A stretch of 63,786 nucleotides of DNA, counting the filler, from Octopus bimaculoides (Eukaryota), in the NCBI RefSeq assembly GCF_001194135.2. It is 5 parts of 5 records of this genome, joined end to end, with 100 filler letters (N's around TTAATTAATTAA, not from the genome) between each part and the next. Parts side by side here need not be neighbours in the genome. Positions count along the whole stretch, not along the records: positions 43,908 to 56,804 come from NC_068982.1; positions 56,905 to 61,109 come from NC_068987.1; positions 61,210 to 63,786 come from NC_069006.1; 2 more parts are not named here. One strand, given 5' to 3'. Below, one piece after another: positions 49,721 to 62,374 of the stretch. The position numbers were made by a program, and so were the translations under genes. Positions within the stretch are counted from its first letter, which is position 1. Each line of letters starts with the position of its first letter. The notes under the pieces were generated by a model. It did no database searches, was not told the DNA's origin, and saw nothing but the letters and a program-made list of their open reading frames with translations.

Positions 49721-51351
49721 TATAATCTGAAACAAAAGACAATGTGCGTTACAAAATCCAATTAACTTCTTGACGGATTTCGCACATGCAGCTGTTCTAT
49801 AGAATTATGTCATGAGATCTGTGGCCACGGTTAAAAATTAAATAGTAACGCATTAAAACAAGATTACTCATTGGAGAATAAGTTAAATTGGTGACTGACG
49901 AAGGTGAGCCATAAGCGAGTAAAATACAGCTAAATCTTGTAAAAAATACATCTGGATTTATTGACTAGATTGTCGACTGAGGTTTTGGTTACAAGAAGAA
50001 AAATTATTTCACATTTTGTCTAAGGGTCAGTGATTTCGGAGAAAAGGGTTAGTTGATTACATCGATCCGTGTAATTAGCTGGTATTTAATTTATCGATAT
50101 GGAAATGATGAAAAGCATGGTCGTCTGCTGGGGTCCTAAAGATTGTGCCATCTCGGCACCTTGGCGACAAGGAGAATAATGAGCTGAGAAAGAAGAAATA
50201 ACACAAGTCAGAAAAGAATACTGCGATCGAGGCAGAAAATATCCGGCCATATATAAGGACCAGAAATCATTATAATAATCCTTTCTACTATAGGCACAAA
50301 TGTTTATAATGATCAAATGCTAGTGCCGTACGTTGATTCACTCCCTCCGTGAAATCGTCCCCGTAGCTAAATGTCTCTGACGGATTTACAACCGTCTATG
50401 TCACCTTTACCATATCATTACTTAGTGATTTACCAAGATATAATGATGAAAAGTATCATGCGTATAAAAAAGCCGAAGCATCTTCAACAATTTCCAGTAC
50501 ATAACTACTGACCTATGGCTAAATCAAGCGAAAGATTAAAATATGCATACATATGCAAACGCACTCTCATGCTCTTACAAATAGATATATGTATGCAGCC
50601 GTGTGTTCGCGTGTGTACAACGTATTGTGTACAACTAAATTTTCCTTGTGTTTGTTTAATTAAAAAAAAATTAACTTCTCACCATTATTCACAATATTCT
50701 TCATCTCCGGGATTATATTCCAAAGCGTATATTTTGCTTTATTTCAATTGCCATTGTGTTCTATTATGAACATGTACTTCCGGTAAACTATTTCCTTATT
50801 GTTTAAACTGGGTCTTCTGTTTGTTGTGCATCATGCCTTAGTGAGAAAAATTATTGTTTTATTGTCATCGAACAATACAGTAAATATATCAATTGTTTAT
50901 TAACAGATTTCTTATCATATATAGAAATTTATTCGTAAAAATCTTCTGAGGCAACTAGTACAGAAATATAACAGGAAAATCTCTGCGAAATCGAAGAATA
51001 CCTGAGGAAATAGATCCTCAGATAAACGGAAGGAGTCCTTCCGTGTAAAATATTTAACAACAATTCAAACACAACATACATTGCAGCATTAAAATATTTC
51101 CTGAAAAACTAGGTAAAACATACAGTACAAATAAAATTTGACCAAGAAGTATGAGCTGTAGCAAGGCATTCTTGTGAAGTGTACAACAAATAATTCACGC
51201 GAGAGGAAATCATTCGAAATAACACAGATATATAAAGACTTGGAAGGCAATGAGAACAGAAACGTAACGAATGAAAAATCAAAGAACTCTGAGGCAACGT
51301 AACAGGTTCTCAGTTATATATTCAAGAGTGACATATGAGTGTATGTATATG

Positions 51352-51406
<55 letters not shown>

Positions 51407-51526
51407 ATCTATATCTATATATATATATTTATAAACAAAAATAAGGGATCAGCAACAGGTTGCTTCACCACGTACCGAAGTTCAGAAATAGCAGCTAAAA
51501 ATGCTCGTCGAATTTAGAACAGGAAT

Positions 51527-51589
51527 ATCATACCGATGAAGTAATGAAGAGATTTCTTTCTTCTTCTAAACCAGAAACATGTCTATGAT
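51527..51589 (+). ncRNA. Degenerate type I hammerhead motif
   Basis: atcata-CCGATGA-...-GAAAC-AT-GTC-tatgat: perfect 6-bp stem I and ACATGT palindrome, but a U4C core change and decayed stem II. Confidence 0.5.
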
Positions 51590-51826
51590 TAACTATGGCT
51601 AGTTTAGTTCATTATTTTTCTTCTTGTTTTGCCTATGTGAGTTGCGGGTNNNNNNNNNNNNNNNNNNNNNNNNNNNNNNNNNNNNNNNNNNNNNNNNNNN
51701 NNNNNNNNNNNNNNNNNNNNNNNNNNNNNNNNNNNNNNNNNNNNNNNNNNNNNNNNNNNNNNNNNNNNNNNNNNNNNNNNNNNNNNNNNNNNNNNNNNNN
51801 NNNNNNNNNNNNNNNNNNNNNNNNNN

Positions 51827-51882
<56 letters not shown>

Positions 51883-53201
51883 AAGAAGACAATAACGGAA
51901 TGCACTCGGTCAAATTAGTTTAACTACGTATTGATCGGAGTGGATAAACTTACAGCTACAAAACAATGAGTATAAACTTTGCTGAATTTTGTGTGTCGGT
52001 GTACTGTAAAATTGGTAAAAATGCTAAACACGAGATTAAACTCTTACGGAGTTAATCTATGTGACAATGAGCTACGCAATAAAAAGGAAGAAAACAATTT
52101 AACTGATATTAATCGCTCCTCGTAATCGTAAATAATAATTCATATTTTGGATTGCAACATATCTGGTGAAGAAATGAAATAGAGACAATAACAATATAAC
52201 AAAAGAAGAAATCATTTAAAAACAAACATGCTCTGATCTGCACTGTTATATATGTATGTTGCTCTCACACGCGAAAAAGCATTTGTTTCTCTTGCGTACA
52301 CTATGAAATACAGACATACATACATACATANNNNNNNNNNNNNNNNNNNNNNNNNNNNNNNNNNNNNNNNNNNNNNNNNNNNNNNNNNNNNNNNNNNNNN
52401 NNNNNNNNNNNNNNNNNNNNNNNNNNNNNNNNNNNNNNNNNNNNNNNNNNNNNNNNNNNNNNNNNNNNNNNNNNNNNNNNNNNNNNNNNNNNNNNNNNNN
52501 NNNNNNNNNNNNNNNNNNNNNNNNNNNNNNNNNNNNNNNNNNNNNNNNNNNNNNNNNNNNNNNNNNNNNNNNNNNNNNNNNNNNNNNNNNNNNNNNNNNN
52601 NNNNNNNNNNNNNNNNNNNNNNNNNNNNNNNNNNNNNNNNNNNNNNNNNNNNNNNNNNNNNNNNNNNNNNNNNNNNNNNNNNNNNNNNNNNNNNNNNNNN
52701 NNNNNNNNNNNNNNNNNNNNNNNNNNNNNNNNNNNNNNNNNNNNNNNNNNNNNNNNNNNNNNNNNNNNNNNNNNNNNNNNNNNNNNNNNNNNNNNNNNNN
52801 NNNNNNNNNNNNNNNNNNNNNNNNNNNNNNNNNNNNNNNNNNNNNNNNNNNNNNNNNNNNNNNNNNNNNNNNNNNNNNNNNNNNNNNNNNNNNNNNNNNN
52901 NNNNNNNNNNNNNNNNNNNNNNNNNNNNNNNNNNNNNNNNNNNNNNNNNNNNNNNNNNNNNNNNNNNNNNNNNNNNNNNNNNNNNNNNNNNNNNNNNNNN
53001 NNNNNNNNNNNNNNNNNNNNNNNNNNNNNNNNNNNNNNNNNNNNNNNNNNNNNNNNNNNNNNNNNNNNNNNNNNNNNNNNNNNNNNNNNNNNNNNNNNNN
53101 NNNNNNNNNNNNNNNNNNNNNNNNNNNNNNNNNNNNNNNNNNNNNNNNNNNNNNNNNNNNNNNNNNNNNNNNNNNNNNNNNNNNNNNNNNNNNNNNNNNN
53201 N

Positions 53202-53234
<33 letters not shown>

Positions 53235-53417
53235 GCATTTAAGGTGTATTCAGTTAGCAATGTATTAGAGTACAATCTAGACCTCCTACCCCCTTAAAAT
53301 TATCAGATAGCGGGTAGCATTCGAAGTCCAGGCTTAGGGATTAATCGTGCGTGAAAAATAAAAATCGAATAAATAGTGTCAACATGATGGAATACGTTTA
53401 GACAGCTGTTTAATAAA

Positions 53418-53517
53418 CACTACGCGTTTCGATACAGCATAGATCCACATATACACAGGTGTTAAATTAAGTAACCGTTTACCTATATAATGAGCTCCAG
53501 CTGTATCTCCTCAGGTG
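53418..53517 (-). ncRNA. Type I hammerhead motif with intact core and extended stem II
   Basis: cac-CTGAGGA-gatacagc(61 nt)gctgtatc-GAAAC-GC-GTA-gtg: 8-bp stem II, ACGCGT palindrome and GUA triplet. Confidence 0.7.
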
Positions 53518-54123
53518 ATATATAATCACTGGATCCCATTGTACAGGTATACTGTTGCTTAATTTTTTTCCTTTGTATATGTGGAGCTATGTCGTATCGA
53601 AATAGGTGTAGTATTTATTAAATGGCTCTCTAAACGTAGTCTTTCCTGTTGACACTATATACTCAATTATATACATACTTACATACATAAATATATATAT
53701 ATATATATACATACATGTATATATATATGTATGTATATAAGTATGTACACACAAACACACACTCACACACATATTTATATATATATATATNNNNNNNNNN
53801 ATATATACATAGCAGAGAAATGGGATAAAAAATTCCTTGCAGATATCAGGTAGCACTCAATATAGAGGGGAATGTTTAAATTTAAAACAGTTGAACACCA
53901 TTAAGTGTATATAGAATACAAACCCCAGGTAAATACCCATGTATGGCAGGTAAATCTAACAATCCATATGCAGAATTTTAAGAAATTCGGAGTATTAGCA
54001 AAAGTCGATAATATGACATCTCATACACGAGACCAAAAGTGTACGTACGCCGCTAAACATGCATACATATATATACATATACATACATACATACATACGC
54101 ACACATACACACACTCTCTCTCT

Positions 54124-54184
<61 letters not shown>

Positions 54185-55919
54185 TTGTATATTTCGTATG
54201 TGTATTTCGTGTGCAAGATTCTTGATGTGGATACGTTTGTTGAAAGAAATACAATTAAACCTTGGGAGAGGCATTATGCCGGTAATAAACACACTCACCG
54301 GTTCAGTCCTTTATTAATTTATATAGTTTTTTGTTAAATTATGTCGTTGCACTCTTGCAATCTCTTCAGTAACTTGTCTCTTCTCATCCATTTATTTAGA
54401 CAAGGAGGCAAAGAAGGACAGGGAAAAACAAAGACGGGTCATTCGGAGCTTTCTATCGTCAGTCGAGTTCCAGATCATCACTGTATGCGAGTGAATGTAA
54501 ATGCGTATCATTTGTTTTACTACACATATTTTCATATACATGTTTTTGTTTTCCTACACATATATATCAGACGTTAGTGTTTTTCCCCACTGACAGTTTC
54601 TCCTATTAAAAAAAAATGTTGGCTTGTTTTCTCCAAGATGAGACAATTGAATCACTGAAATTTGTTATTCTTAGTAAACCTGATATATTTGTTAGCTTAT
54701 TGTGTTCTTTCACATCTATTATTTCGTGTTTAAAGTTTTTCTTTTCCGAACTGTTGATTTGCAAATATTGCCAAGCCAATGCATTTAACTTAGTACAACA
54801 GAAGAATTTAGAAAAAAATATACATTTCAAATACGTACATCCTGTGATTTTGAAAGACATCACCAATACATATATAAAATTAACTAGTTTGTCTTAAAAT
54901 ATGTGACTTGAAGAATTATTTGTCATTAATTCTACATGTTCGTCTCTATCATTATTACTAGTGAATGATTAAGAATAGGAGTGAAGTGGTTATTCAGAAG
55001 AAGTCTAAGGACCTATAAAGATTGATTCGGTGACTTATTGTGGACGATATTCACCACGTCACATTGGAATGTTGCCGGAAACCCTTGGCCTAGAAGCCAT
55101 CGATGCAAAATATTGAAATAATCGGAGATGGACAGTCCTATATACTAAAAAATTGTTAACATTATGAAGAAGAACGTCCCTTCAGTATATTTTCTGACGG
55201 GTATGTTAGTCAGAATGTATGCAACATGTAAATGTATTTCTTTCAAACATTCCAAGTTAGAACTGAGTACAAAGCTGCGAAAGAGCACTTGTACTTGGCA
55301 GTGAGGTTAATCTATTATATGTGGGATTCATGAGTTGCATGAAGCAGTTGTCTCATCTCAAAGTTTCTTATTTCATTCATATAGCGGCGATTATGGAGTT
55401 TTATCTTGCAGAATCTGTTGTATAAGAACCTCTTTATAAAATCTTGTAAACCTTCAATACTTGATACCTCTAATTTAAATTGGATGTTTTGTCTACGTTG
55501 TATTCGCCTACTGTTTACGTCCAGGGATAACATCTCATATTGATTACACGGTATCATTTAACACTGAATACATGTGCTGATGAAATGATCTCATCTGTAC
55601 CGGTGGATGGCGCTACGAATCATCAGCGGCATCTAGGCCCTGCACTGTTTGCCAGAATGGAAATCATTCGAGCTGATATAGTATACTAATGACTAAGCAG
55701 ACAGAATTAGCGACAGTAGCACTATATGTAGTGAATAATAATCTTCCACATTTTGCAATCAATGACAAAGGGATGCATTCTCAATTTGACAATACTTACT
55801 TATTAAAGAAGTGATTATATTGCATGAAAAAATGATCGTCTGCACCGGTGAATGGCTCTACCGTATAACGGTGATTTGACTGTTTCTACGGATAATCAGC
55901 GGCAGCCCACTCTCCGAAC

Positions 55920-56065
55920 CAATGTCAAAACGAAAATCAGTCGGACTGATACAGTGATATGTGCAGAATCTGTGGACAAAATGATGAAACCGTATGGCAT
56001 ATTATCAGTCAATGTGCATCACTAGCCTAGGAAGAATATAAGAGACGTCAGGACAATACATCTCA
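55920..56065 (+). mobile_element. R4/NeSL-like non-LTR fragment (CCHC knuckle)
   Basis: DMCRICGQNDETVWHIISQCASLA*EEYKRRQDN matches CRxCG..ET..HI.S.C..LA..EY..RHD. Confidence 0.75.
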
Positions 56066-56445
56066 ACAATACAACAAGACGCAATAGCATTCTTATTTAT
56101 TTTTTTTTTTTTTGCTTTCGATTTTGCAGTAACGTCCAACACATTTAATATGAGAAAATCATTACTTGCCATACGATAAGTTTTATACGGATTTAAATTG
56201 ACAAAAAGAAATAGCCCGATTTTATGCGAATAAACATAAAGGAATTTTATGGAAATCTGGAAAGAAACTTGTTATGAAAATCATTATTTCATTGGCTGAA
56301 ACAGCTCACTTTTCAAATACCAAAACTATATACGTAGGAATACGGTGTAAAGAGGATGAAGATTTAAAAAATGCAGGTCGAATAAACTATTAAACTGTAG
56401 ATATTAGATGAAAGTTTTAATCAAACAGAGAGTCTGTTTCCCTCT

Positions 56446-56503
<58 letters not shown>

Positions 56504-56665
56504 CACTCACTAACAGATATCTATGCATATTGAGAGACAAAGAGTGAGAGAGATAGAGAGGCATTAATAGATACATAGACAGGAAAACGGACAGGTACAT
56601 AGATAGCTTTGGATGTAGATGAATGTATAAATATAAATATAACTGTAGGAATAGATAGATAGATC

Positions 56666-56713
<48 letters not shown>

Positions 56714-56804
56714 CATTTCTTTTATTAGCCACACAGGGCTCAACGAAGATGGGACAAATACAATGTAGAGCTTTTCTTTTTGGGAGGGGGAAGGAAGGAA
56801 AAAA

Positions 56805-56904
56805 NNNNNNNNNNNNNNNNNNNNNNNNNNNNNNNNNNNNNNNNNNNNTTAATTAATTAANNNNNNNNNNNNNNNNNNNNNNNNNNNNNNNNNNNNNNNN
56901 NNNN
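56805..56904. other. Artificial scaffold-joining spacer
   Basis: 44 N + TTAATTAATTAA + 44 N. Confidence 0.95.
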
Positions 56905-57062
56905 CTGGAAATTCCCGAGGATTGGATTTCCTGGAAATTTCCCAGGATTGGATTTCCTAGAATGTTTCGAAGTTCCGAGGATGAACTGCTTCCTGGAAAG
57001 TTCCGAGGTTGAACTACTTCCTGGAAACTTCCGAGTGTGGTAATTACTGGAAAGTTCCGCAT
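56905..57062. repeat. Degenerate ~26-30-bp minisatellite
   Basis: Recurrent ttcctggaaa.ttccgagg units. Confidence 0.75.
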
Positions 57063-57074
57063 GATAATCAAAAT

Positions 57075-57886
57075 TTTTACTCCCGCATTCTACAGGCAAC
57101 CATCTTGAATGGACCGGCCGCTGGTCAAGATGTTCTTATTTTCCAATGTCCCTCCCTCCGATACGATCTACAAATTTAAGCAGCTTCAATTTCCTATCAC
57201 ACTCTGCTTTGTAATGGCAATAAATAAGGCACAGGTTCAATCATTGCAAACGGTTGGTTTAAATCTCACAGAGCAAGTGTTTTCCCACGGTCAACATTAC
57301 GTTGGCTGCTCCCGTGTTGGCAGGCCACAAAGTCTATACATTTGTGCATCAGAAGGGAAAACGAGAAACGTTGCCTACAAAGAAGCGCTCCACTGAAAAG
57401 ACGGCATTTCTTCACATCTTCCAAATCACCCCAGTCATCTGCAGCCGTAAAAGCTTCGTACTTGCTGTGCCAGCCAACGTAAGTCAATGACACACAACTT
57501 AACTCATTCACTGTATCTCTCTTCCTCTCTCACATACACACATACGCGCACGTCCATTTCATATATCTTTTTACGGACGCAACTGCTTACAAAAATTGGG
57601 ATTAATGTACAATTTCTTTCTATGTTCATAATTAAATAAATGTTTTAATGATTATACAGACGTCCAATAGAATAGTTCTCAGACTATGAACAAATCCTTT
57701 CTTCACAACTCCTGAAGCCATTTTCTGACAAGGGGTGATGAAATCTTTATACTGCTAGAGGCTCCAATCGAAACAGGGGACCCAAAATGATAAGGTTGAG
57801 AAACGCTGTTATAGATTATGCCTAACCGAAAGCGATCACGGCCACATCATTGAAACAGGCCGGGTGAAACCGGGTTTAGCTGCTAG
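57075..57886 (+). mobile_element. Helitron 3' portion with decayed PIF1 helicase C-terminus
   Basis: FKQLQFPI.LCF.MAINKAQ.QSL..VGLNL...FSHGQHYVGCSRVG; terminal hairpin ccgggtgaaaccggg + CTAG|T at 57860-57887. Confidence 0.85.
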
Positions 57887-57915
57887 TATATATATATAAA
57901 TATATATATTCTATT

Positions 57916-57947
<32 letters not shown>

Positions 57948-58090
57948 NNNNNNNNNNNNNNNNNNNNNNNNNNNNNNNNNNNNNNNNNNNNNNNNNNNNN
58001 NNNNNNNNNNNNNNNNNNNNNNNNNNNNNNNNNNNNNNNNNNNNNNNNNNNNNNNNNNNNNNNNNATACACACAATTCTTTAAACATTTG

Positions 58091-58128
58091 CCCTCATCTT
58101 GTTTGTTAACACAACGTTTCGGCTGATA
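58091..58128 (-). mobile_element. 3' fragment of the hammerhead element seen at 20.8 and 21.5 kb
   Basis: Minus strand reads tatcagccGAAACGTTgtgttaacaaacaagatgaggg. Confidence 0.65.
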
Positions 58129-58272
58129 TATATATATATTATATATATTCTATTTATCGCACAATTTTTTAAAAGTATCTATCTTGATTTATATTCAACA
58201 TGCCATTCCATTGAATGTCCATCTATTTGTCTGTCTGTCTGTCTCTCTATGTATCCATCCATCCATCCATCT

Positions 58273-58358
<86 letters not shown>

Positions 58359-58665
58359 CACGCACATATTTACATACACAATACTGCAATATATATTTTT
58401 TGATAAAGAGAAATATTTCACATGAAAAAGATTTTGAACGAGCTCGATGAAAAACGAGAAAAAGCAACCAGATGAGTGTGTTGATAGAATGAATATTTCA
58501 TATTTAAATGTAATTAGTACACTGCAATAGTAGTTGGGGCTATACATATTAAAATACACATACACACACACACACATATGTGTAAATTTATTTATGTATA
58601 TATAAATATATATATACATTAAGATACATATATATGTACATTAATATACATATATACTTATATTA

Positions 58666-58748
<83 letters not shown>

Positions 58749-58785
58749 CACACACAGTGTCTCTCTCTCTCTCACACACACACAG

Positions 58786-58816
<31 letters not shown>

Positions 58817-59399
58817 TACACATATGCGTAGATTGAAATACATATATACATATATTGACATATATTTATGTATATTAAAATACGTACATGTATATATTAA
58901 TATCCATAAATTCGTACGTTAAAATACAAATGTATGTTTTAAAATACACGTATACATATTAAATAGTTATACATATACATGCATGCATGCAGACACCCAC
59001 ATATTACATATAATATACATATACGTATATAGATATATGTATGTATGTATATACTAGCTACAGCAGCAAACTATAAAACAATGAGAAGTTAGCGTTAATT
59101 AGAGGCTAAAATCTCAACACATGAGCGACTAAATAAAGCAATAATTTGCTAAAATTGTTGATTAATGATTGCTCTTTTGCGTGTAGACATCGTCAGTAAA
59201 ATTCCAGTGAATTTTAGAGAATTTCAGAGTAATTCACCAGTCAGATACGAATGGCAATAGATGTGTGTGTGTGTGTGTGTGTGTATACGTTAGTGCAATC
59301 TATGAAAATTAATAATGACTCTACTTATTGACAAGTCTAGGGGATATTATTTTAATCACACGCAATGTTGTCGTTACAAGAAATTCAATAATCACAATT

Positions 59400-59410
59400 A
59401 TTATTATCAC

Positions 59411-59485
<75 letters not shown>

Positions 59486-59490
59486 CATCA
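59400..59490. repeat. (ATT)n microsatellite
   Basis: Direct inspection. Confidence 0.95.
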
Positions 59491-59711
59491 TTATTTTTTT
59501 TGTATTGCTATTGTAATGTTCTTTCCAATCCTATATTAATTTGTATTTATGACACTTTTCTTTTGTTTCATGTTTATAGTTTTGCACATATATTTTCTGC
59601 TGAAATAAGATTATCAAAAAAAAAAAAAAAAGAAAAAAGACAAAATAATTGTTATATTCAAAAAATTTCCTAGACGTCCTTCTCTCTGTCTCTCTTTACA
59701 TATATACATAC

Positions 59712-59746
<35 letters not shown>

Positions 59747-60109
59747 TACATATGTACACACAGACACACACATATATGTATACACACCTACATACATGCA
59801 CATATGCACACGCACACAATATACGTAGATATCATTATGTATATAATATATATATGTATATAGTATTCACATGCATATATTTATATGTATATCATGTAAA
59901 ATATTTTTCTCATTTCCATTAAAATCTAACATTTGGGAAATTTATTTTTACAACTCATATCCTAGTTTAAAATGAAGCCCAATATGTCATTCATTCTAAT
60001 ATTTTTTCTCTCTTCATCTTTCCATCCATTATTCGTTTCATTCTTCAACTGGTTTCGGTGATTGGCTACAACCAAATAATGGCAGTTTTCAAGAGCTTTA
60101 GTCAATTAT

Positions 60110-60329
60110 ATTCTCCCCAGAAAATGGCAGTGACTTGGTTGAACTCTGCGAAGAGAATGGTTGGGATGCAATTTGCCTTCCTGTAGAGAAAAGGTTTCAT
60201 AGAATCTGATCTGTTGGAACCATGGTTCATTCGATGCTCAGAAGTCTTAGATTAGTTGGGAAGGAGACAAAGGATATCGCCAGAAAACAGTCGGAAACTG
60301 TTGAAATAGTGAACCGTTACATTTGGCTC

Positions 60330-60330
<1 letters not shown>
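60110..60330 (+). mobile_element. Hero-like (RLE) non-LTR retrotransposon C-terminal relic
   Basis: DLVELCEENGWDAICLPVE followed (frameshift) by SMLRSLRLVG....SETVE..NRYIWLER, matching KY.DLV.EC...GW....PVEVG...WLWLKR. Confidence 0.55.
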
Positions 60331-60391
<61 letters not shown>

Positions 60392-60459
60392 NNNNNNNNN
60401 NNNNNNNNNNNNNNNNNNNNNNNNNNNNNNNNNNNNNNNNNNNNNNNNNNNNNNNNNAT

Positions 60460-60640
60460 TGACAGCAACAACAAACATCACCAGCACTGTTACCAATACA
60501 TTTGGTGATGGTAACAACAACAACAACAACAACAATGACAACAACGGCAGCAGCAGCAGCAGCAGCAGCAGAAACAACAACAACAACAACGGCAGCAGCA
60601 GCAATACCTCCACCAACGTCACCAGTAACACAACCGTGAC
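60460..60640. repeat. (CAA)n/(CAG)n low-complexity tract
   Basis: Direct inspection; explains the poly-N/S/T/A ORFs. Confidence 0.85.
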
Positions 60641-60954
60641 TTCTGAAATACATGTGATTGAGAAAAGCAGGTCGTTTAGGTTCCAACAATGGTCAGAGCG
60701 GCAGGACTTAATCCTAACATCTTGGGGAACGTCCGGCTCATGAGAGGTATCCAATGACATCCTGCTCGAACTGGAATGTGGCAGATTCATGCAGATGACA
60801 TCGCAAAGATGATGTCGGAGACCTTGGAAATCGATGTGGTAGGCACGGTGGATAAAAACTGGAATGAGTTTGAAGGTGGGTTGCCAGACTTACTCTGAAA
60901 AATGGGCTGAGAGTAACTTGCACTACTTTATGTGTATGTAAATATAATGCATAA

Positions 60955-61109
60955 AGCCGTGTGGTAAGTAGCTTGCTTCCCAACTACATGGTTCCAGTTT
61001 CGGTCCCACAGCGTGGCACCTTGGAAAGTGTCTTCTATTATAGCCTCGGACCGACCAAAGCCTTGTGAGTGGATTTGATAGACAGAAACTGAAAGAAACC
61101 CATCGTGTA
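60955..61109 (+). mobile_element. SINE family A, 5' half
   Basis: Head and CORE-like block, cut by the end of the scaffold. Confidence 0.85.
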
Positions 61110-61209
61110 NNNNNNNNNNNNNNNNNNNNNNNNNNNNNNNNNNNNNNNNNNNNTTAATTAATTAANNNNNNNNNNNNNNNNNNNNNNNNNNNNNNNNNNN
61201 NNNNNNNNN
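61110..61209. other. Artificial scaffold-joining spacer
   Basis: 44 N + TTAATTAATTAA + 44 N. Confidence 0.95.
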
Positions 61210-61440
61210 AAGACCTTTTACTCTTAGTGAGAAGGGAGGGGTGAACCAGATAACATGACGGATTCTGGATTTGGTCTTAGAGAATGACTCATTCCGTAGC
61301 ACCCGGTTATCATTTCTATACCTCGAGTACTTCATATTATAACCTCTATTTTTATTGTTACTATTATCCTTACTTTTATGGTTTCCTATTTTATCCTGTT
61401 TTATGTTATCGCAATTTATTCTATAATCTCTATCATTAGT
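61210..61440 (-). mobile_element. Second Naiad-type Penelope-like fragment (thumb region), 5'-truncated
   Basis: RGYNMKY...SRIRHVIWFTPPFSLRVK matches the R.R.IIWFNPPFS..V motif. Confidence 0.65.
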
Positions 61441-61469
61441 CCCCATAATTCGTGTATGGTCGGGTAGTG

Positions 61470-61680
61470 TATCGGGCGAAATGCTTAGCAGTATTTTGTC
61501 TGCCATTACGTTCTGAGTTCAAATTCCGCCAACGTTGACTTTGCATTTCATCCTTTCGGGGTCGATAAAATTAAGTACCAGTTACACACTGGGGTCGATA
61601 TACTTGACTTAATCCCTTTGTCTGTCCTTGTTTGTTCCTTCTATGTTTAGCCCCTTGTGGGCAATAAAGAAATAAGAAAC
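61470..61680 (+). mobile_element. SINE family B
   Basis: gaaatgcttagc head remnant, B box, ctttcatcctttcggggtcgataaa block and ggcaataaagaaata tail. Confidence 0.8.
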
Positions 61681-61905
61681 TGAAACATGTGTGTGTGTGT
61701 GTGTGTGTATTTATGTGTTTGTCCCCCCACCATTGCTTGACAACCAATATTGAAGTATTTACATCCCTGTAACTTAGCAGTTTGGCAAAAGAGACTGATG
61801 GAATAAGTACTTGGCTTACAAAGAATAAGTCCTGGGGTTGATTTGGTCAACTAAAGGTGGTGCTCCAGCATGGCCGCAGTAAAATGACTGAAACAAGTAA
61901 AACAA
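61681..61905 (+). mobile_element. SINE family A, 3' half
   Basis: (TG)n plus tail. Confidence 0.85.
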
Positions 61906-61929
61906 AAAAATACCTGTGAGTGTATGTAT

Positions 61930-62185
61930 GGTGGCATCAGCTTGTCTTTAGATCATGTGACAGTTCTAATCAATTGTCACTGTCACGCAAGCAATGTCAT
62001 TCCTTTCCAGTGTTTTACAAGAACATGTTTGACCATAGAGAAATATTACGTTGCTTAGAAACAGGTGAGGGTTGGTGACAGGAAGGGCATCTGGCCACAG
62101 AATCTCTAACTCAATGAATTTTGTCTAACCCATGCCAGCATGGAAAAAGGACGTTAAATGATGATGCTTATGATGATGATGATAA
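61930..62185 (+). mobile_element. SINE family V
   Basis: ggaagggcatc core and (GAT)n tail. Confidence 0.7.
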
Positions 62186-62374
62186 GGTGCATGTATGGCT
62201 CAATGAAGTTCCGGGTTCAGTCCCACTGTGTAGCACCTAGGGTGAGTGTCTTTTATTATAACCCTGAGCTAACCAAAGCCTTGTCAGTGAATTTGGGATG
62301 AAAACTGAAAGAAGCTCATCATGTGTGTGTGTGTGTGTGTTTGTCCCCCACCACACAACCAGTTGACAACCAAA

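Noticed and set aside
50995-51025. cctgagga...cctcag as a hammerhead
   Set aside because: Only a small hairpin; no GAAA or NUH in position. The ctgatga at 14348 and 55577 and ctgacga at 49895 fail in the same way.
60450-60900. Poly-Q/T/A/N or mucin-like coding exon
   Set aside because: Trinucleotide microsatellite; every frame hits stops and there is no consistent splice structure.
34323-61440. The two Naiad fragments as halves of one element
   Set aside because: They lie on different scaffolds and both include the PPxS thumb motif, so they overlap in element coordinates.
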